A DNA stretch of 64,000 nucleotides from Euglena gracilis (lineage: Eukaryota). The notes under the pieces were generated by a model. It saw nothing but the letters and a program-made list of their open reading frames with translations, did no database searches and was not told the origin of the DNA. Numbering within the stretch: position 1 is the first letter of the stretch; each line of letters opens with the position of its first letter. A program made the translations under genes and the position numbers. Shown here in pieces: positions 1-14,300 of this stretch. The stretch covers positions 26,300,954 to 26,364,953 of the forward strand of contig CP154954.1 in assembly GCA_039621445.1 (NCBI GenBank), written 5' to 3'.

Positions 1-301
1 CGTCGTCACGGTGAAGAAGACCCCCCACCCAACTAAAGCGGGGTATGTGCCTGGCAGCCACTTGGTGGACAGCGTCGTAAACGAAGTCAGTCCCGCCAGG
101 CTCTGGCCACCTCCACGCACACAGACAAAAAGGGCCAGAGGCGAAAAGCAGCGCCAGGCCAGAATAAGAGATAAAAGGCGTCAAACCAAAAGCCGCAGTG
201 CAGACAAGGGGGGAGATGTTCCTTTGGAGGACATTCTTATCTCAGCTTCCTTTCATCATCTTTTGGAACCCATTTCCATTCAGAGCTCTGCTTCTGCCCC
301 C

Positions 302-673
302 ACCCCAACCGGAACGCCGTCCGCCACACCGTCCGCGACGCCAACCGGCACACCCTCCGCCACGCCGTCCGGCACCCCCACCACCACCCCATCCGCCACC
401 CCAACCGCCACTCCAACCGCCACCCCTTCCGGCACGCCCACCACCACCCCATCCGCCACGCCCACCGGCACGCCTTCCGCCACGCCGTCCGCCACGCCCA
501 CCGCCACACCGTCCGTAACGCCCTCCGGCACACCAACAACGACGCCCTCGGCCACTCCGACAGGCACGCCCTCCGCGACGCCGTCTGGCACCCCCACCAG
601 CACACCGTCGGCGACGCCCACCGGCACACCGTCTGCCACGCCGAGTGGGACCCCAACTGCCACCCCTTCAGCT
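302..673 (+). CDS. TPSA-repeat exon 1 (372 nt, phase 0/0)
   Basis: Acceptor gctctgcttCTGccccc|ACC; donor GCT|gccCAGgacggagc. Confidence 0.85.
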
Positions 674-2304
674 GCCCAGGACGGAGCCCTATTGCTGTGT
701 CGTATCCTCCCCCGCTCGGCGGATTGATATCCGCAAATTTCCCACAATTTCTGCAATTTTCCGCAATTTGCGCGATTTTCCGCAATTTCCCCGCAATTTC
801 CACAAATTTTCTGCAATTTCCCCGCATTTTCCCCCCTTTCTGCAGTTTTCTTTGCATGAACCTGAAATGCAAAGGTAAAATGAGTTCTGGCCACTTCTTG
901 AGCGTTTCATAAGGGCATCCAGGTGCTTTTTTTGCTTACCTCCCTCAAATAATACCCCCCCGGGTATTATTTTTTTTTTCGCCCGAAGTCCCGGCCCGAG
1001 GGGGGGGGTATTATTTGGGGGGTAATGGCACCCCAAAATTTTCCAAATCTTTGAAGCCCCGCAGGACCCAAAATAGTATCCAAAACCCCCTTTGGGGTCT
1101 TTTTTTTTCTTCTTCTTTTTCATGAAATTTGGCATTTTTGGCGGCCAGACGATCCATAAAAAATATTTTTTTTCGTAATTTGTTGTCAGAGATTGTGATT
1201 CTTGGGTCGTTGGCCCGAAATTGGGGGGGGGGGTATTAATTCGGTCCCCGAAATCGGACCCCGAGGGGGGGGGCTGGGGGGGTGCTATTGGGGGGAGTGT
1301 TTATTTTGTTGCATGCTTGCCAAAATTTGCCAAATTTTGCAAATTTTGAACAAATTTTGGCAAATTTTTGGCCTGTTTGTAGTGTTTTCCCCGAGTTCTG
1401 CTGGGAAATAATTTCGGACTGAGAAAATTTTAAATCCTGACCATATTCAACCTGATAACAAAGTTCTTGTCATTTTTTTTTGCCATTTTTGGATGCTTCA
1501 TCCAAGGAATTCCATATTTCCAGAATCAGCATGTTCCCAAAATTACAAAAATTCCTTTTCTTGGACCTTTTTGTTGGAAAGAATGTGAATAACGGCTCAA
1601 AATTTACATCTATGTTGCAAAATGGCCAAATTTGTGCAATTTTTTTGAAGTCCCTTCCAGAGGAAGTGTGCCAACCCCCAAACCTGCAACTCCCGCAGTT
1701 TTTCCACAATTTTCCCACAGTTCTTCCAAAGACCTTTCATATCAATTCCCTCCCTGCTCCCTGCCAATTCCTCCGTTGGGGAAATCACTCAACTTATTTC
1801 CCTTGGTTTTAAACCTGCTTTTTTCCCTTTGGGCAGATGGCAAGTTGAATAATCATTTTGGTTGTTTGGTGGGCCGACCAGTCAGGCTTTGGGAAACCCC
1901 CAAACATAAGCGGCACCCTTAAACTACCCTCCTCCCCCCTCTATGTCCAACAACCCCCCAATGTCGAACGCCCCCCCCCCCCCCCCGGTTGAAGGACACT
2001 TTCTTCGGAGGTTTGGCCTGGTGCTGAGCGCCGGGCCGAAAAATTTTGTACCCAAAATCGGCCAAAAATCGGCCAAATGCCAATTTTTGTACTTTTTTTT
2101 TGAGCAAAACAATATCAAATTGCCCAAATTTTTGGCGCAAAGCACAGGGCGTAAAGAAAAGATTGACCTTATTTGGGTCCCGGGAGCCCTCCAACCTTTT
2201 TTTTAGACCCTTTTAGACCCCCCAAATGCAACTCAACCCACACGGTGTGTTTCGTTTCTTCGCTGTTTATATTTAGTATTATATGGTATATATAGTATTG
2301 TGTG

Positions 2305-2392
<88 letters not shown>

Positions 2393-5300
2393 TCACACAC
2401 ACATATTCACAGGCCGTATGTTTGGGATGTGTATTCCCTGGGGACGATTGTATCATTTCTTACCCTCCCTGCAGTTCCTTTCAAGTCACACCACCTTAAG
2501 AGCTCTGACTTAGGCGGCGCGAATTGCCCAAATTTTTTGCGATTTTTTGCACGCTTGGGGTGCGCGGGTTTCCGTTTACGAAACTCACTGTTATGTGCTC
2601 GAAATTTTGAGAGGATGGCACCAGCACAAAAATTTGGGTCGTTTTGAGTCCATTTTAGGCATTTTGACAAAGTGGCGATTTTGAGAATTTATGGTCGTTT
2701 TAGGGGGGGTTTTGGAAAACACCCCCCTGGAACGCCCTGAAATTTTGAAAAACAGAAAACAGCCGGAGAACACCTGGCCACTGGAGCCCCGGTTGTTTGG
2801 CGATGTTGCTGGACCCCCCCCCCTCTGGAGGGGGGGTGACACAGTGTGGCAGGTGAAGAAGAGGCAACCGCTTAAGCAACCCGCGCATTTTTGAACCTCT
2901 CGTGAGTGCCGATGTCCAGTGACGGGGGAGGTGAACACACAGCACTGCCCAACAGATGCTACAATTTCTTGGAAGAGATGTTTTAAGCGGTAAATCGCGC
3001 AAAATGAGTTTTTGTGATGAAGAGATGCTGGCCTAACGGAGGGGACTGGACTGGGAATAACGTTAAAAACGAGGTTACACGGTTTACTGTGTACAGAAGT
3101 GATGATTCCTCAGGCGGAAACCCGCGCAGAAGGGTTTGAGAAAGAGAACAGTTCGTGTTTGTGGATGACACGTGGGAGCGGGAAGTGGGAACGCGCAGAA
3201 ACCTCCAGAAGTGGGTCATCACGTGAAGTTGTTAATGAACAAGTTTGGGGGAGAGGGAGGGGATTTTGGGTCGTTATTGAACGATGGCAGTGCGCGGTTA
3301 TCCGCGTACTTCGCTTTTAGTTTGCGCGGGTTTCCGCACAGATGAGGTTTGGGCGGAAACCCGCGTGGAGCTTGTTGCTGTCCTGATGGGTTGTGTTTTG
3401 TGATGTTTTGGTGTCCCAAAGTGTCGGTGTCAGTGGTGACGTGTGGCGACATCGTTTTTGACAGTTGGGCGGGACAGGTTGAAAGGGAGCTGTGGCTGCT
3501 GCGCCGTGACAGCAAGCAACCGAGCAGGCGGAAACCCGCCTGGCATTTGAGCAGGAGGTGGACACCCTCCTCTGCAATTCGGACGCAGTAATGTTCCCCC
3601 TGGCCAGTGGTGAAGGGGTGGCTGCAGGGACAGCAGTGGAACGCACGTGTCAGTTGCCAGGCCGGGTGAGCTGCGGTAGAGAAGATGTTTTGTTACCGTC
3701 CCGAAAAACGGCCAAAAAACTGAGGTTGATTTCTCAGGAGGAACAAAAGCACCTCCCAGGGCCCTCCTCCTGGAACCCAACGGTCTTGGTGTCCCAAAGT
3801 CAGGGTTTGGGGAAGGCTGACGAAGAAGTGATTCAAGATATGGACGGAGAAACTCCTGTTTCAGCAGTTGGTGGCAGCAGTCGAACAATTTCGGGGGGTT
3901 TTCGGAAGAAGTCCTCCAGATTCTGAGAAAATCAAGGCCTTTTCAATTGTTTTTTGAAACAGTGTTACAGCATTTTTCCTTTGAAAAGCCGCAGTTTTTG
4001 CTGAATTTCAGGCAAAATGCCCAAACCACCTCTTTTTTTCTGGCTCTTCTTCCTTTGGGGTCGGCAACATGCCTCCGGAGGAGGGAACGGTGGTCTCCAC
4101 CGTCAGAAGCCGTGTGGGAGGGGGATAAACCAGAAGGCGGTCGTTCTCAACCAACGCCGGGTCAATGTTTGACCCGGTGCATCTGGCTTCCATCCATGTA
4201 ACCACCCTCAGCACAAGTGTGTCCGGTCTTTCTGGAGACCACCCCTGCTCTGAGTGCCCAAGTTTAAGGGCTGGCCGTCTCTCCTCGGTTGGTCAACCCC
4301 TGCTGGCGCAATCTCCTCTCCCTGGTTTCCGTAAACCTCCACCCCTCAAACTCACCACAACACGCCAGACACCATTCAGTTACAAACTGCCTGGCGACCT
4401 GGCAACAAAGTCTGTCGTCCGTGTCCTCCGCAAAGATTCACGCCTGTGACTTGTGTCACAAGTAGGGTTGCAAAACTTTGCCAACAAACCAGCACAGTTT
4501 ATTTCTAGGGTGGTTTCCATCTTCCACCCCCATCCCATCGTCCACAAATGCTTTGCTTTTTCTGCTCACCCTTAACCCGGCCACACGGATTCCCGCTTAC
4601 ACCCAGTCGCCTTACACTCACCACGTATACACACATACCAGGCGGATTCCCTCCCACCAGTCATCAACTGTTTGTGTTATTGTACGCGGTAATCCGCCAT
4701 GCTTTGTTCTCACTTTTAGGCGGTAATCCGCGTTACAAGTTCAATCTACGCGGATATCCGCCTAACATTTAACTCCGTCGTCTGACACCTCTTCTTTCGT
4801 TTTACGCGGTTATCCGCACACACTTGCAATGTTCATTCGTCTCTCAAATACTGTTATTAACGTAAACCATGGACGCACAGCCCCATGTCACACCCATTCA
4901 AAGTTGGTGTTTTTCCAGCCATTTCAAACCGTTCTAGTACACTCCCAAATCACACAACTCACACACAATCGGAAATCGGCTAAGCGGAATACCGCGCAAA
5001 ACCACTTCTGTTAAATTTTGGCCCAAAGCCGCCACACACCCCTCTCAGCTCAAATCTTTTTGCCCTTTTAGGTGTTTTTAAAACAGCCAAAAAAAACGCC
5101 AAAAAACGCAAAAAATCGGTTGGGCAATTCGCGCCGCCTAAGTCTGAGCGCTGGGGGTGGCAGATGGCCAAAAGGACATTTGTGTGGGGCATTTGGAGAG
5201 CGGAAGATTCTGCCACTTTTTTTTTGTGTGCCTTGGAACCTTTGGGTAACAAGGGGGAACATTTCCATCCCATGAAACTCTGGGGACTCAGAAAAGAAAG

Positions 5301-8300
5301 AATTGGAAGTCATTTACACAATTTTCTTTACGGAATTGCACCAGTGCACCAGTCATCTCGGCGTTCATACATCCTCGTCATTCTTGTGAGTCGATTTTTC
5401 GCTTCTCGGAAATACATTGCATAATCGGGTGACAACATTTACGTTCCATTCTTTTTATAACTAATTGCACATCCTGCATCCATCCATCAAATAAAAGAGT
5501 ATTGTTTGCCCACTGCTAAAAAAGAGTTATGGCAACGCCTTCGTCGAACACCTGATTTACATGTCTGACCAACAACACAAAGGTCTGCATGAAAAGGACC
5601 CCAAACACACAATTTCTGTTGCCATAGTTTAACGCCTTTTTTTTTAGTGTTTCAAAATGCTTGTGTTCAACGTTTTCCCAGAGTGAGCCTGAAGGGAACC
5701 TGGCAGTTTCCCATCTGGGAAGTTGTCAGGTCCCTGGTACCAGCCAATCTGTCACAGCAGGAAGTTGTCAGGATTTCCGGTGCCATGCATCATTTTAGCT
5801 GGAGGACATCCCATCCCCCACCAGGATGGAGGGGGGGCTTTTTCCAGCGTCGAACCGCCCTCCCCCCATTGACGAGTTTTAGCTATTTTCCAGCTGCCAT
5901 TTAATTTTTATTTTTGGGGTGTAATCAATGGGATAAAAATGGGGAGGAGATGGGTCGGAAATGGGCGGGCCAGGATAATTTTCGGTCAAACAATCGACTT
6001 CTTGCATAATTGGCTGTTTTTTGGGGACATTTTTGCAGTTTCGATTTTTGCCACCCATGTCGTCGTCCCCGGGTCGGGGCTCGTTTCAGCCCTGTGGGGG
6101 GGGGGGGGGTCAGCTAGCAGCCTTTTCCCAACCAGCCCATATGTTCCAGCCTCTCAGCTGGACCCCCCTGGATGGTTTAGCGACGCCCTGTTCTGGTCTC
6201 GTACCGACCTCTCAGGTGACAGCTTCCGGGGGGGGGGGTAGGTGAAATTAGGTTTGCCTTTGTCCCCAGGAGGGGGGTTCTTGACCAGATTCCAAGTGGG
6301 TGTACTCGCGGGACAGGGCTGCCCCATGAGGTGCCTTCGGGCCTAGGACAGACCCACCCACAAGTTCCTTCCCAACTCAGGGGACTCGTCCGAACCACAC
6401 CTGCTGGGGTCATGGACTGGAGTTACCAGAGCGAGGTCACGGTGAAGAAGACCCCCCACCCAACTAAAGTGGAGTATGTGCCTGGCAGCCACGTGGTGGA
6501 CATGGTGGACAGCGTCGTAAACGAAGTCAGTCCCGCCAGGCTCCGGCCACCTCCACGCACACAGACAAAAAGGGCCAGAGGCGAAAAGCAGCGCCAGGCC
6601 AGAATAAGGGATAACAGGCGTCAAACCAATAGCCACATTGCAGACAAGGGGGGAGATATTCGTTTGGAGGACATTCTTATCTCAGCTTCCTTTCATGATC
6701 TTCTGGAACCCATTTCCATTCAGAGCTCTGCTTCTGCCCCCACCCCAACTGGCACGCCCTCCGCCACACCGTCCACGACGCCAACCGGCACACCCTCCGC
6801 CACGCCGTCCGGCACCCCCACCACCACCCCATCCGCCACCCCAACCGCCACTCCAACCGCCACCCCTTCCGGCACGCCCACCACCACCCCATCCGCCACG
6901 CCCACCGGCACGCCTTCCGCCACACCGTCCGCCACGCCCACCGCCACCCCGTCCGTGACGCCCTCCGGCACACCAACAACGACGCCCTCGGCCACTCCGA
7001 CAGGCACGCCCTCCGCGACGCCGTCTGGCACCCCCACCAGCACACCGTCGGCGACGCCCACCGGCACACCGTCCGCCACGCCAAGTGGGACCCCAACTGC
7101 CACCCCTTCAGCTGCCCAGGACGGAGCCCCATTGCTGTGTCGTATCCTCCCCCGCTCGGCGGATTGATATCCGCAAATTTCCCACAATTTCTGCAATTTT
7201 CCGCAATTTGCGCGATTTCCGCAATTTCCCCGCAATTTCCACAAATTTTCTGCAATTTCCCCGCATTTTCCCCCCTTTCTGCAGTTTTCTTCGACTGAAC
7301 CTGAAATGCAAAGGTAAAATGAGTTCCGGTCACTTCTCGAACGTTTCATAAGGGCATCCAGGTGCTTTTTTTGCTTACCTCCCTCAAATAATACCCCCCC
7401 CGGGTATTATTTTTTTTTTCGCTCGAAGTCCCGGCCCGAGGGGGGGGGTGTTATTTGGGGGGTAATGGCACCCCAAAATTTTCCAAATCTTTGAAGCCCC
7501 GCAGGACCCAAAATAGTACCCAAAACCCCCTTTGGGGTATTTTTTTTTCTTCACTTTTTCATGAAATTTGGCATTTTTGTCGGCGAGACGATTCAGAAAA
7601 ATATTTTTTTTTCTAATTTTGTTGTCAGGGTTTGTTATTTTTGGGCCCTTGGCCCGAAATTGGGGGGGGGGGGTATTAATTCGGTCCCCGAAATCGGACC
7701 CCGAGGGGGGGTTGGGGGGGTGCTATTGGGGGGAGTGTTTATTTTGTTGCATGCTTGCCAAAATTTGCCAAAATTTGCAAATTTTGAACAAATTTTGGCA
7801 AATTTTTGGCCTGTTTGTAGTGTTTTCCCCGAGTTCTGCTGGGAAATAATTTCGGACTGAGAAAATTTTTCATCCTGACCATAGTCTACCTGATAACAAA
7901 GTTTTTGTCATTTTTTTGCCATTTTTGGATGCTTCATCCAAGGAATTCCATATTTCCAGAATCAGCATGTTCCCAAAATTACAAAAACTCATTTTCTTGG
8001 ACCTTTTTGTTGGAAAGAATGTGAATAACGGCTCAAAATTTACATCTATGTTGCAAAATGGCCAAATTTGTGCAATTTTTTGAAGTCCCTTCCAGAGGAA
8101 GTGTGCCAACCCCCAAACCTGCAACTCCCGCAGTTTTTCCACAATTTTCCCACAGTTCTTCCGAAGACCTTTCATATCAATTCCCTCCCTGCTCCCTGCC
8201 AATTCCCTCTTTGGGGAAATCACTCAACTTACTTCCCTTGGTTTTAAGCCTGCCTTTTTCCCTTCGGGCAGATGGCAAGTTGAATAATCATTTTGGTTGT

Positions 8301-11300
8301 TTGGTGGGCCGACCAGTCAGGCTTTGGGAAACCCCCACACATAAGCGGCACCCTTAAACTACCCTCCTCCCCCCTCTATGTCCAACAACCCCCCAATGTC
8401 GAACGCCCCCCCCCCCCCGGTTGAATGACACTTTTTTCAGAGGTTTGGCCTGGCGCTGAGCGCCGGACCGAAAAATTTTGTACCCAAAATCGACCAAAAA
8501 TCGGCCAAATGCCAATTTTGGTACTTTTTTTTGAGCAAAACAATACCAAATTTCCCAAATTTTTGGCGCAAAGCACAGGGCGTAAAGAAAAGATTGACCT
8601 TATTTGGGTCCCGGGTGCCCTCCAACCTTTTTTTTTTAGACCCTTTTAGACCCCCCACATGCAACTCAACCCACGGCGTGTTTCGTTTCTTCGCTGTTTA
8701 TATTTAGTATTATATGTTATATATAGTATTATATGTTATATATATTCACACACATATTCACAGGCCGTATGTTTGGGATGTGTACTCCCTGGGGACGATT
8801 GTATAGAGCAAAATTATCAAATTGTCCAATATTTTCAGCGCAAAGCGCGGAAGGAAAATTTGACTTTGGGGGTCCTGGGTGCCCTCCAACATTTTTTTTT
8901 TTTTAGACCCCTGGTCCAACAACCGACCCCCTGGTTGGTTGTCACCCTTCTGGCCAGAACCCTATTGCAACGGGGAGTTCTGAACCCCATGGGGTCCCCT
9001 TGGTTTAATGTGGGGGTCTATTGTCTAACGTCGGCATATTTTGAGGAATTCTGTATTTTTAGGCAAAGGGTCATGGTTGTGGTTGCCTTTAAGAGCGATG
9101 TAGGTTGGGGTTCAGCCAAAGTTGGGAGGTTAGGGGGTTCTGTCGAAACTGGGCCAAAATTTGGATTTAGTTAAGCCTAATACTAGCCTACATCTGGGCC
9201 CACCTGGCCTAAATTCCAGCCCAAGCCCAGTCCAAACCCTAAACATGATCCTATCCCTCACAATTAACCAAAACCCTAAGGAGCAGGGATGCTGTATCAC
9301 ACATTTGTTTGGGGAAGTAAAAGGAAATTGAATTCGGTCCCTGTTGTGAAAAACGCCAGGTGGTCTAATCCCCCCAATCGTTCACTTACTGGAGACCCCC
9401 CCCCAAGGGCAGTAGTTTAAGGCTGCCACAAATGCAACTCAACCCACAGCGTGTTTCGCTTCTTTGCTGTTTATGCATATGTTCGCACATACACACATAC
9501 ACATACATTCACAGGCCATATGTTTGGGACGTGTATTCCTGGTGACGATTGTATCATTTCTCACCCTCCCTGGAGTTCTTTTCAAGTCACACCATCTTAA
9601 AACCTCCGAGCGCTGGGGGTGGCAGATGGCCAAAAGGACATTTGTGTAGGGACTTTGGAGAGCGGAAAATTCTGCCATTTTTTGTTGCCTTGGTACCTTG
9701 GGGTAACAGTGAGAGCTTTTTTTCACATCTGAAGCGTTTTGGACCCATTTCCAATTCAGAGCTCTGCTTCTGCCCCCACCCCAACTGGCACGCCCTCCGC
9801 CACACCGTCCGCGACGCCAACTGGCACACCCTCCGCCACGCCGTCCGGCACCCCCACCACCACCCCATCCGCCACCCCAACCACCACTCCAACCGCCACC
9901 CCTTCCGGCACGCCCACCACCACCCCATCCGCCACGCCCACCGGCACGCCTTCCGCCACACCGTCCGCCACGCCCACCGCCACCCCGTCCGCGACGCCCT
10001 CCGGCACACCAACAACGACGCCCTCGGCCACTCCGACAGGCACGCCCTCCGCGACGCCGTCTGGCACCCCCACCAGCACACCGTCGGCGACGCCCACCGG
10101 CACACCGTCCGCCACGCCGAGTGGGACCCCAACTGCCACGCCATCTGTTTCGGGCGTTGCAAACTGCCAACAGCTTTTTTTGGGTTGTGTTTGGGGCAGC
10201 AGACACAAGGCCTGGGATAGAACCGCCAGAAGAATTTTTTCCAATTCTTGCTTTCTTTCTTTTTAAATCAAAAGCTTTTGAAAATAAAAGGGACCGATCC
10301 TCCTTGAGATTGCTGGAATTATTGACTGGTTTGCGAGAGGACACAACCTGGGGGAAGCCGTCAACTTCTTGTATCATGAGCCTGGTTTTGGCACCTTGGG
10401 GTGAGGTGAAATTTCTTGGAATGAAATGCAGAAACACAGGCGGAAACTTGCGATTTGTGAAAATTTGTGAAAAGAATATAAGTAACGTGGTTTTTGGGGC
10501 AATGGGCTTTCCCTGATTTTCCCCTGCTGCAAGTGCTGGAAAAAATCTTCCCCCAGTTGCCTTTTGTGGTTTTGTTTTAGGATTCTGCCTGGTCCAACCC
10601 TCCCCTTTGATGGGTCCAGGCACTGATTTTTTTTGGGATTAGCTTAAATTGTGAGGACATCCCAAGTCTTTTTTCCTGACTTGACCCACTCCTCCCAACC
10701 CTAACCCTAGCCTGACTCTGGCGTTTTGAACCTTGGGCATTGAAGTATCCTCCGGGATGACCCCCCACGCCTATCACTCTCCCTCAAAGATTCCTGTCCA
10801 CAGTGATCGCCACCACCACAATTACCATCACGACGTCATTGTCATTTAGTACTGTGCACACAGTCTGCAGAGACGGAAGCGCAGAGGGAGATACGTCCAC
10901 CCACCTCGGAAGTGTCCAGTCCCCAGGTCGCAGGGTCAACCCCCCGCGGAGGAGTTTGCCTCCAAAACCCTTTCACAGAAAGGCGTTCGCACGTCCGTTT
11001 TTTGGCATCTGGCCCCGGGGGAGTTGACCTCCCACCGTAGGCAGGTCCCCCAGTTGTCTCCAGCGGCAGGAAACGTACGAGAGTCCAGTTTCCCGGTGAT
11101 ATTAGTTCCTCGGAGGGAAAGGCAGTGAGCTGGTACGGCAGGTAAGGTCGCTGGCGGCGGTTTGCGCCGCCCAAGTCTGCCACCCCCACCGGCACGCCGT
11201 CGGCCACGCCGTCGGCAACCCCGACCGCCACGCCCTCAGCGACGCCCTCCGGCACTCCCACCACCACTCCCTCCGCAACCCCAACAGGCACGCCCTCGGC

Positions 11301-14300
11301 CACACCGTCCGCCACGCCCACCAGCACGCCGTCGGCGACCCCAACTGCCACGCCATCCGCCACGCCATCTGCCACGCCCACGGCCACTCCTTCAGCCAGC
11401 CAGGACGGAACCCCACCCCACTATGTCACATCCCCCCACCCCCGATGTGCATTTTTTTGGATGGGGAGGGTTTGGACTGTCAAGGCAGGGACGTCGGGTT
11501 CCCAGTTTGTGTCCATGTCTCTCCTGTTAAACCTACCCCCCCTCTCTGCAGAGCAGAATGGGAATTGGCCGAACAGCCAGGGTGGGGGGGTCGACCCCCC
11601 CCGCCACCTCTTCCCGTATTTCCGGGAGCACCAATTTTTGGACCCAAAAAAATTTCCCACCGCCTTCGGCGCCAGGGGTTTTTTCACCCATTTTGGGACC
11701 CATACGGGGGGTCCCCCCCAACACCCCCTAAAACCATTTTTTCAGCCTTCCAAAATTTCAACATTTTCTCAAAATTTTGATTTTGAGAGGTTTTTGAAGA
11801 AAAAAATGCAATTGAAAATCCAAAAAGTTCCAAGAGAAAAATGTCAGTAAGATTTGACTGTGCCAAAATTCGGTCCATTTTTTTTGACCTTCGTTTTTTT
11901 TTACCCCCCTCCTAAAAGTACCAATTTTTAAACCTGAAATTTTTGAGGTTTTTTTTGTGGAAAAAATGTGGTTTTCCATAAAAAAAATAATGCATTTTGG
12001 GTTCCTTTTTTCAATTTTTTTTTAAAAAGTTTCCCCCAGCAACATCCCAAAATTGGTGAAAATGCTGTGGTGGGTGGGGGGGTCGACCCCCCCACCAGGC
12101 CTTCCCGTTCTGCCCCCCTCCCCCGGGAAACTGTCATGCCCCAGGTACTAACCAACCTGCAAGGGTAATTTTCGTTAATTTTCTCTTTCTCTTCAAATCT
12201 CCTACCCGGGAAACTTCCAGGGTTCTTGGTACTGGCCAACCTGTCATGATTGGAAGTTGTCAGGGTCTCCGGTACTGGCCAACCTGTCAGGTGACGGTTC
12301 CCCCCCGGGGGAGGGGGGTATTCTCATTTTCCAGTTAGGTTATGTTTCACTCCCCGTGGACTTCTTGTGAAGGTGGCTTTCAGGCGTTCCAAGTCAGCAA
12401 GGCACTGAGGGCGAGCCCCCCCCCCCCTTGCGATGAGGCAGCACCCTGGCCGGGCTGGGGGCTCCTTAAAGAAATCTGCATACCTTCAAAGTGCAACAAT
12501 TCTTTTTGCATTTTGACCCTCCCTTCCCCTAACCTCTCCCACCCCCACCCCCATTCCGCCCCTCAGTTGAGATTTCGTCTGACTCACCTGGGTGTCCCTT
12601 TCGCAGGGAATGCTTTGGGGGCGAAGACGGGGCTGAACGGGGCCTCATTCCAAGCTTCATGGTTGTACCGATTGCCAAGGGCAGGGGAGTTGGTCGCAGC
12701 GTCCTCAAGGTGCTTGACATTGCCAAATGTCCAGCAAGACTTTGGTGCAACTGAGAAAATTGGGTGATCAAAAGAACTCTGTCCCGCTCAGAATACTTCG
12801 CCAAACTGGGTCACCAGTTGTGCTTATTCGGGGGGTCTGTTTCTGCATCCACCCCCACTGGCACGCCGACCGTCACGCCGTCGGCAACCCCAACAGGCAC
12901 GCCCTCGGCCACACCGTCCGCCACGCCCACCAGCACGCCGTCGGCGACGCCCACCGCCACACCATCCGCCACGCCATCCGCCACGCCCACGGCCACCCCT
13001 TCAGCCACCCAGGACGGAGCCCCCCTCTTCTGGTTTCTCTTTTTTTTGCCACACTGGAGCACACACACACCCATCTCTTTAATGTTTTGCCTCTGGGGTG
13101 GGTTGGGGGCTGATGCAGACATCCCACTGAGTATCCGGGGGCAGAGCGATCAGGGAACACACAATTCTGTCAGTGCAATCCATGTGCGAAGTCTCTTGTT
13201 CGTCATCGTTTTTGTTGGGGAGTTCAAAGCTGATAGCTTTGTAATTTTCGAGTGGAAAGGAACCAAATGCTCTCTACCCAGAAGAGGACCAGGTACCCTT
13301 ATCCTGTAAAATTCCTAGAAAGAACCTGTTTTGGTATCCTGTCAAGCCAAGAGACACCTTCCCAAAGGAAAGGGTTAGAGGAGGAGAAGGAACGGAATAT
13401 TTTTTTCAGAGCCAGAAAAATAACGCATTGGACTCCTGAAGCTCTGCTTCTGACCCCACCCCCACCGGCACACCCTCTGCCACGCCCTCGGCCACTCCGA
13501 CAGCCACCCCATCTGCCACACCGTCTGGCACCCCAACCGCCACGCCTTCTGCCACCCCAACAGCCACCCCCTCCGCCACACCCTCCAGTACGCCCACTGC
13601 CACACCATCGGCCACGCCCACCGCCACGCCGTCGGCCACGCCGTCCGCCACTCCCACGGCCACCCCCTCCGCCACACCGTCCGGCACGCCGACTGTCACG
13701 CCGTCGGCAACCCCGACCGCCACGCCCTCGGCCACACCATCCGCCACGCCGACCGTCACGCCGTCGGCAACGCCCACCTCCACGCCATCCGCCACGCCAT
13801 CCGCCACGCCCACGGCCACCCCTTCAGCTGCCCAGGACAGATCCATCCTCTCCTGGTTCCTCGCAACAATGACAATCTTTTGGTAGCTTGCCTGCCCCGC
13901 CACTAATCATGCTTGAATGCCGTTAAGTACTGCTGAACATTTTTGAAACGCCGCAGAACACTCCCGAACATGAGTGCACAGGCACATAAACATACACAGT
14001 TTGGAGAGTTGTTTGTATTCTGTTGTTGATCGCTGAAAATGAGCATCTGTTTCAGTTGTGTTCAACGACTGAACGGGACAGATGTATCCAGAGACATGGC
14101 ACGAACCCAGTAACCCTATCCCTCCTACCCCCCCTACCCCCCCTTCCCCCTGCCCCTCCAAATCCCCCCCTTTCCCCCTACCCCCCCACCAGCAACCCGC
14201 TGTTTGCTGTTTCCCTCATCTCGTACTACCTTTTCCCTCTTCTTCCAGACTTGAGGACAGAAGTTTGGAAGATTTTTTTTCTATTCATTTTCTTATCAAA

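Larger units (their letters stand above)
5..8803 (+). repeat. Direct duplication: ~5-2452 repeated at ~6437-8803 (exon plus flanking intron)
   Basis: Near-identical sequence at an offset of ~6.4 kb. Confidence 0.9.

Noticed and set aside
6331-6741. N-terminal extensions of ORFs 11-727 and 6331-7167 as the start of the protein
   Set aside because: They lie upstream of a conserved intron acceptor, show no signal peptide and lack the exon codon bias, so I treat them as intron.
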